Shown piece after piece: positions 60,813 to 64,000 of a DNA stretch of 64,000 nt. Positions within the stretch are counted from its first letter, which is position 1. The number at the start of each line of letters is the position of its first letter. The stretch covers positions 158,474,001 through 158,538,000 of the forward strand of contig NC_086097.1 in the NCBI RefSeq assembly GCF_963921235.1, read 5' to 3'. This DNA comes from Mobula hypostoma (Eukaryota). A model generated the notes under the pieces. It saw only the letters and a list, made by a program, of their open reading frames with translations. It was not told the DNA's origin and ran no database searches. The position numbers and the translations under genes are program-made.

Positions 60813-61057
60813 ACTCGATTCGGATTCTTACCTCGGAGCTCAGTCTTATGACAGAGTTCAAGGATACCAAACATCACAGCGGCACCGATGGATTGTCCCG
60901 ACTTCCACTGTTGGCAACTGAAGAAGAAAAGTCTTCATTCTGTGACCCACCAGTGGTGTTCCACACAGCTTTGATGGACCAGTTGCTGGTAATAAATTCT
61001 GAAATACAAAGAGAAACAAGGAATAACCTGGCATTGTTAAATTTTATGACATCAAAC

Positions 61058-61230
61058 TTCAAAGTTTAAAGCAAAGTTTATTATCAGAGTGGATACATGT
61101 CACCACATACAGCCCTGAGATTCTCTTTCTGCCGGCATACTTAGCAAATCTAGTAACTGTAAACTGTAAACCTCCATTGTAAACTGTAAACAAACTGTGC
61201 AAATACAGATACTAATAAATAGCAAAGAAC
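61058..61230 (-). mobile_element. Rex1-type 3' tail
   Basis: TTCAAAGTTTAAAGCAAAGTTTATTATCAGAG..., matching 32030-32090. Confidence 0.65.
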
Positions 61231-61234
61231 ACAG

Positions 61235-62897
61235 GCAGGGATGATGCAGAGCAGCAATGGATGGAATTTCTGGAAGAAATTTGGAAGGCGCAGGATATAT
61301 ACATCCCAAAGAGAAAGAAATATTCTAAAGGCAAGAAGACACAACCATAGCTTACAAGGGAAATCAAAACCAACAGAAAAGCCAAAGAGAGGCCATATAA
61401 TAAAGCAAAAGTCTATGGAAAGTTAGACGACTGGGAAGAATTTAAATACCAACAGAAGGAAACTAAAAAAAAAGATCTTAAAGGTAGTATATGAACGTAA
61501 GCTAGACAAAGGAATTGAAGCGGATACCAAAAGTTTCTTCAGATATATAAAGAGAGGCGAGAGTGGATATCAAACTGCTGGAAAATGATGCTGGAGAGAT
61601 AGTAATGGGGGACAAGGAAAGGTGTCAGGAATCAAGATGTGTGAGAAGTTAGCGTTACTTGGAAGAAGGTTCTTAAGAAACTGAAAGGTCTGAAGGTAGT
61701 TAAGTCTTGTATTGTCAGAAGGCCTTTGACAAGGGATCACACATGAGGCTGCTTAACAAGCTGTGAAGAACCCATCGTATCACAGAAAAGATTCTATCTT
61801 GGATAAAGCAGTAGCTGATTGGTAGGAGGCAAAGAGTGGGAATAAAGTGAGCCTTTTCTGGTTGTCTGCCTATGGCTAATGGTGTCCCACAGGGGTCTCT
61901 GTTGGGACCTATTCTTTTTATGTTAAATGTCAATGATTTGGATGATGGAATTGATGGCCTTGTTTCAAAATTTGCAGATGATATGAAAATAGGTGGAAGG
62001 CCAGGTAGTTTTGAAGAAAGCGGGAGGCTGCAGAAGGACTTGGACAGATTAGGAAAATGAGCAAAGAAATGGCAGCTCGAATACAGTGTTGGGAGGTATA
62101 TGTTCATGGAGTTTAGTAGAAGAAATGAAAGAGTTGTCTATTTTCTAAATGGAGAGAAAATATGAAAATCTGAAGTGCAAAGGGATTTGGGAGTCCTTGA
62201 GCAGGATTGACCAGGTTAATTTGCACATTGTGTCTGTGGTGAGGAAGGGAAATGCAACGTCAGCTTTCATTTTAAGAGGGGTAGAATATAAAAGCAAGGA
62301 TGTAACGCTGAGTTGGTGAAATTTATTAGGCACTGGTGAAATCTCACTTGGAGTATTGTGAGCAGTTTTGGGCACCTTATCTTAGAAAGGATGTGCTGAA
62401 ACTGGAGAGGGTTCAAAGGAAGTTCAAGAAAATGATCCCAGGACTGAACAGCTTGTCATATGAAGTGTGCGGTTGATGACTCTGGGCCTGTATTCACTGA
62501 AATTCAGAGGAATGACGGGTGACCTAATTGAAACTTTTCGAATGATGACAGGCCTTGATAGAATGGATGTGGAGAGGATGTTTCTAAAAAAAAAACTAAG
62601 ACTAGAGGACAAAACCTCAGAATAGAGGGGCGTCCTCTTAAAACTGAGTTGAAAAGGAATTTCTTTAGCCAGAGAGTGGTGAATCTTGGAATTCTTTGCC
62701 ACAGACAGCTGTGAAGGCCGGGTTTTATGTATATTTATGGCAGAGGTTGATTAATCAGGGCATGATAGGATACGGGGTGGGGTGGGGGAAGGAAGGAAAT
62801 TGGGGCTGAGAGGAAAAATGGATTAGCCATGATGAATAGTGGAGCAGACTCAATGGTCCATATGGCCTAATTCTACTCCTTTATCTTATGATCTTTT
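61235..62897 (+). mobile_element. CR1 LINE, decayed ORF2 with internal deletion
   Basis: QKAFDK and GVPQGSLLGPILFMLNVNDLDDG...KFADDMKIGG. Tail CTAATTCTACTCCTTTATCTTATG. Confidence 0.95.
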
Positions 62898-63039
62898 GAA
62901 AAAATTTAGTGCAGGGGAGAGAAATTAAGAAGTTGAGTTGTAATATTTAGGATAAAAATATCCAAGAGACTGAGTAAAAGAAGAGAAGTGGATTAAGCAA
63001 AGGAAAGAATGTTTATTTTAGAAGAATCATTATTGGGAA

Positions 63040-63452
63040 AGGAGCATGTGGACAGTGAAGACACTTACGTTAGACTATTGTTTATTGACTACAGTTGTGG
63101 CTTCCATACCATAATTCTAAGCATGCTCATCTCCAATCTCGTCCTGGGCCTCAACATCTCGCTTCGCAACTGGATCACTAACTACCTCACCAGCAGACCA
63201 CAGTCTGTAAGGACAGACAGCAGTACCTCCACCATGATTTTTCTAAAAATTACTGCTCCACAAGGCTGTGTGTTCAGTCCCCTACTCTACACCCTGTATG
63301 TGGCCAAGTAATGCTCTAACTCCATCTACATTGTAGATTCCACAGGTTTGCAGATGATGCGATCATACTGGTCTGTATCTCAAAAACTGATGAGTCAGTG
63401 TATAGGAAAGGGTTAGAGATCCTAGTGACATGTTGTTGTGACAATAATTTTT
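63040..63452 (+). mobile_element. Rex1/Babar RT fragment
   Basis: TYVRLLFIDYS...WITNYLTSRPQSVR...APQGCVFSPLLYTLY, then RFADD. Confidence 0.9.
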
Positions 63453-63604
63453 CAAAGTTCTAGAGAAATTGCATTGCAAGCAGACATTAAGGTAAAAGGC
63501 CACAACAAGGTAGATTGTTAGGTCAAAGTCCATCCTTATCATACTAAGGGACTATTTAATAGTCATGGAACAGTTGGATAGTGTCATCGTTGAGCCTGAT
63601 GGTG

Positions 63605-63740
63605 CACGTTGAGCACACCTCATTGAAAGTCCAAAATCAGAAAACCTCTGAAATCCAAAAATTTTTTGGATATCATGATGTGATGTCACAAATGGAAAAT
63701 TCCACAAGGCACTGGGACTGTTCTCAGGCAATGCACAGGT
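63605..63740 (+). mobile_element. Tigger4/MER46-like terminal fragment
   Basis: CACGTTGAGCAC...AAATCCAAAATTTTTTG...ATGTGATGTCACAAATGGAAAATTCCACA resembles a Tigger4-type end (from recall, not searched). Confidence 0.5.
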
Positions 63741-64000
63741 CACAGCACACCACATATAATTCTGAGAAGATGCCTCACATATGTAATGAACAAAAGTGTA
63801 TGAAAAATAGATAAACACTGCATCGTGAACAATGAAGATCTCAGACGTATATTGTAAGAGTGGATTCATCAGTGTTGGAGTGAACATATGCTGCTTAACA
63901 GTGCCAAACAGCTACTGTCTGTCCACCTGGGTGGCTAAGCTTACCTTTCATGTATACAGTATTGTTCAATGTGTTCATTACTGTTTCATGCAAAAATATT

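Larger units (their letters stand above)
56585..61050 (+). mobile_element. Decayed Gypsy LTR retrotransposon (5' LTR, gag, protease, RT, RNase H), multiply interrupted
   Basis: Putative LTR 56585-56763 (TG...CA) and PBS-like TGGTGGCGAGTAT at 56767. Gag MAFFGKVDE...LLVIAKRFRFHKRN, protease LELDIGSALSVI (~58498), RT ORF 58956-59492 with YLDD (59307-59318), RNase H CNAFLYGIGAIL...DGLSRLP. No integrase or 3' LTR seen in the window. Confidence 0.9.

Overview
This is eukaryotic, transposon-saturated, apparently intronic or intergenic DNA. The repeat landscape suggests a cartilaginous fish, probably a ray (inference): CR1, Rex1/Babar, L1/Tx1, L2 and RTE LINEs, V-SINEs, Penelope-like elements, Gypsy LTR elements, and hAT, Tigger and Tc1 DNA transposons. 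I found no host protein-coding exon, tRNA/rRNA gene or CRISPR array. The interpretable ORFs in the track are transposon remnants. Several insertions can be delimited exactly by target-site duplications (TSDs), which reveals nesting up to four levels deep. The most interesting signals are RNA-structural. (i) Minimal hammerhead ribozyme motifs sit in the Penelope terminal repeats, including a ~100-bp stand-alone insertion and fold-back mini-elements. (ii) A candidate non-canonical HDV-like ribozyme begins at the first base of an ORF-less RTE derivative, and a nearby tRNA-derived SINE shares that element's tail. Family names come from recognised motifs, not database searches. Boundaries without a stated TSD are approximate.
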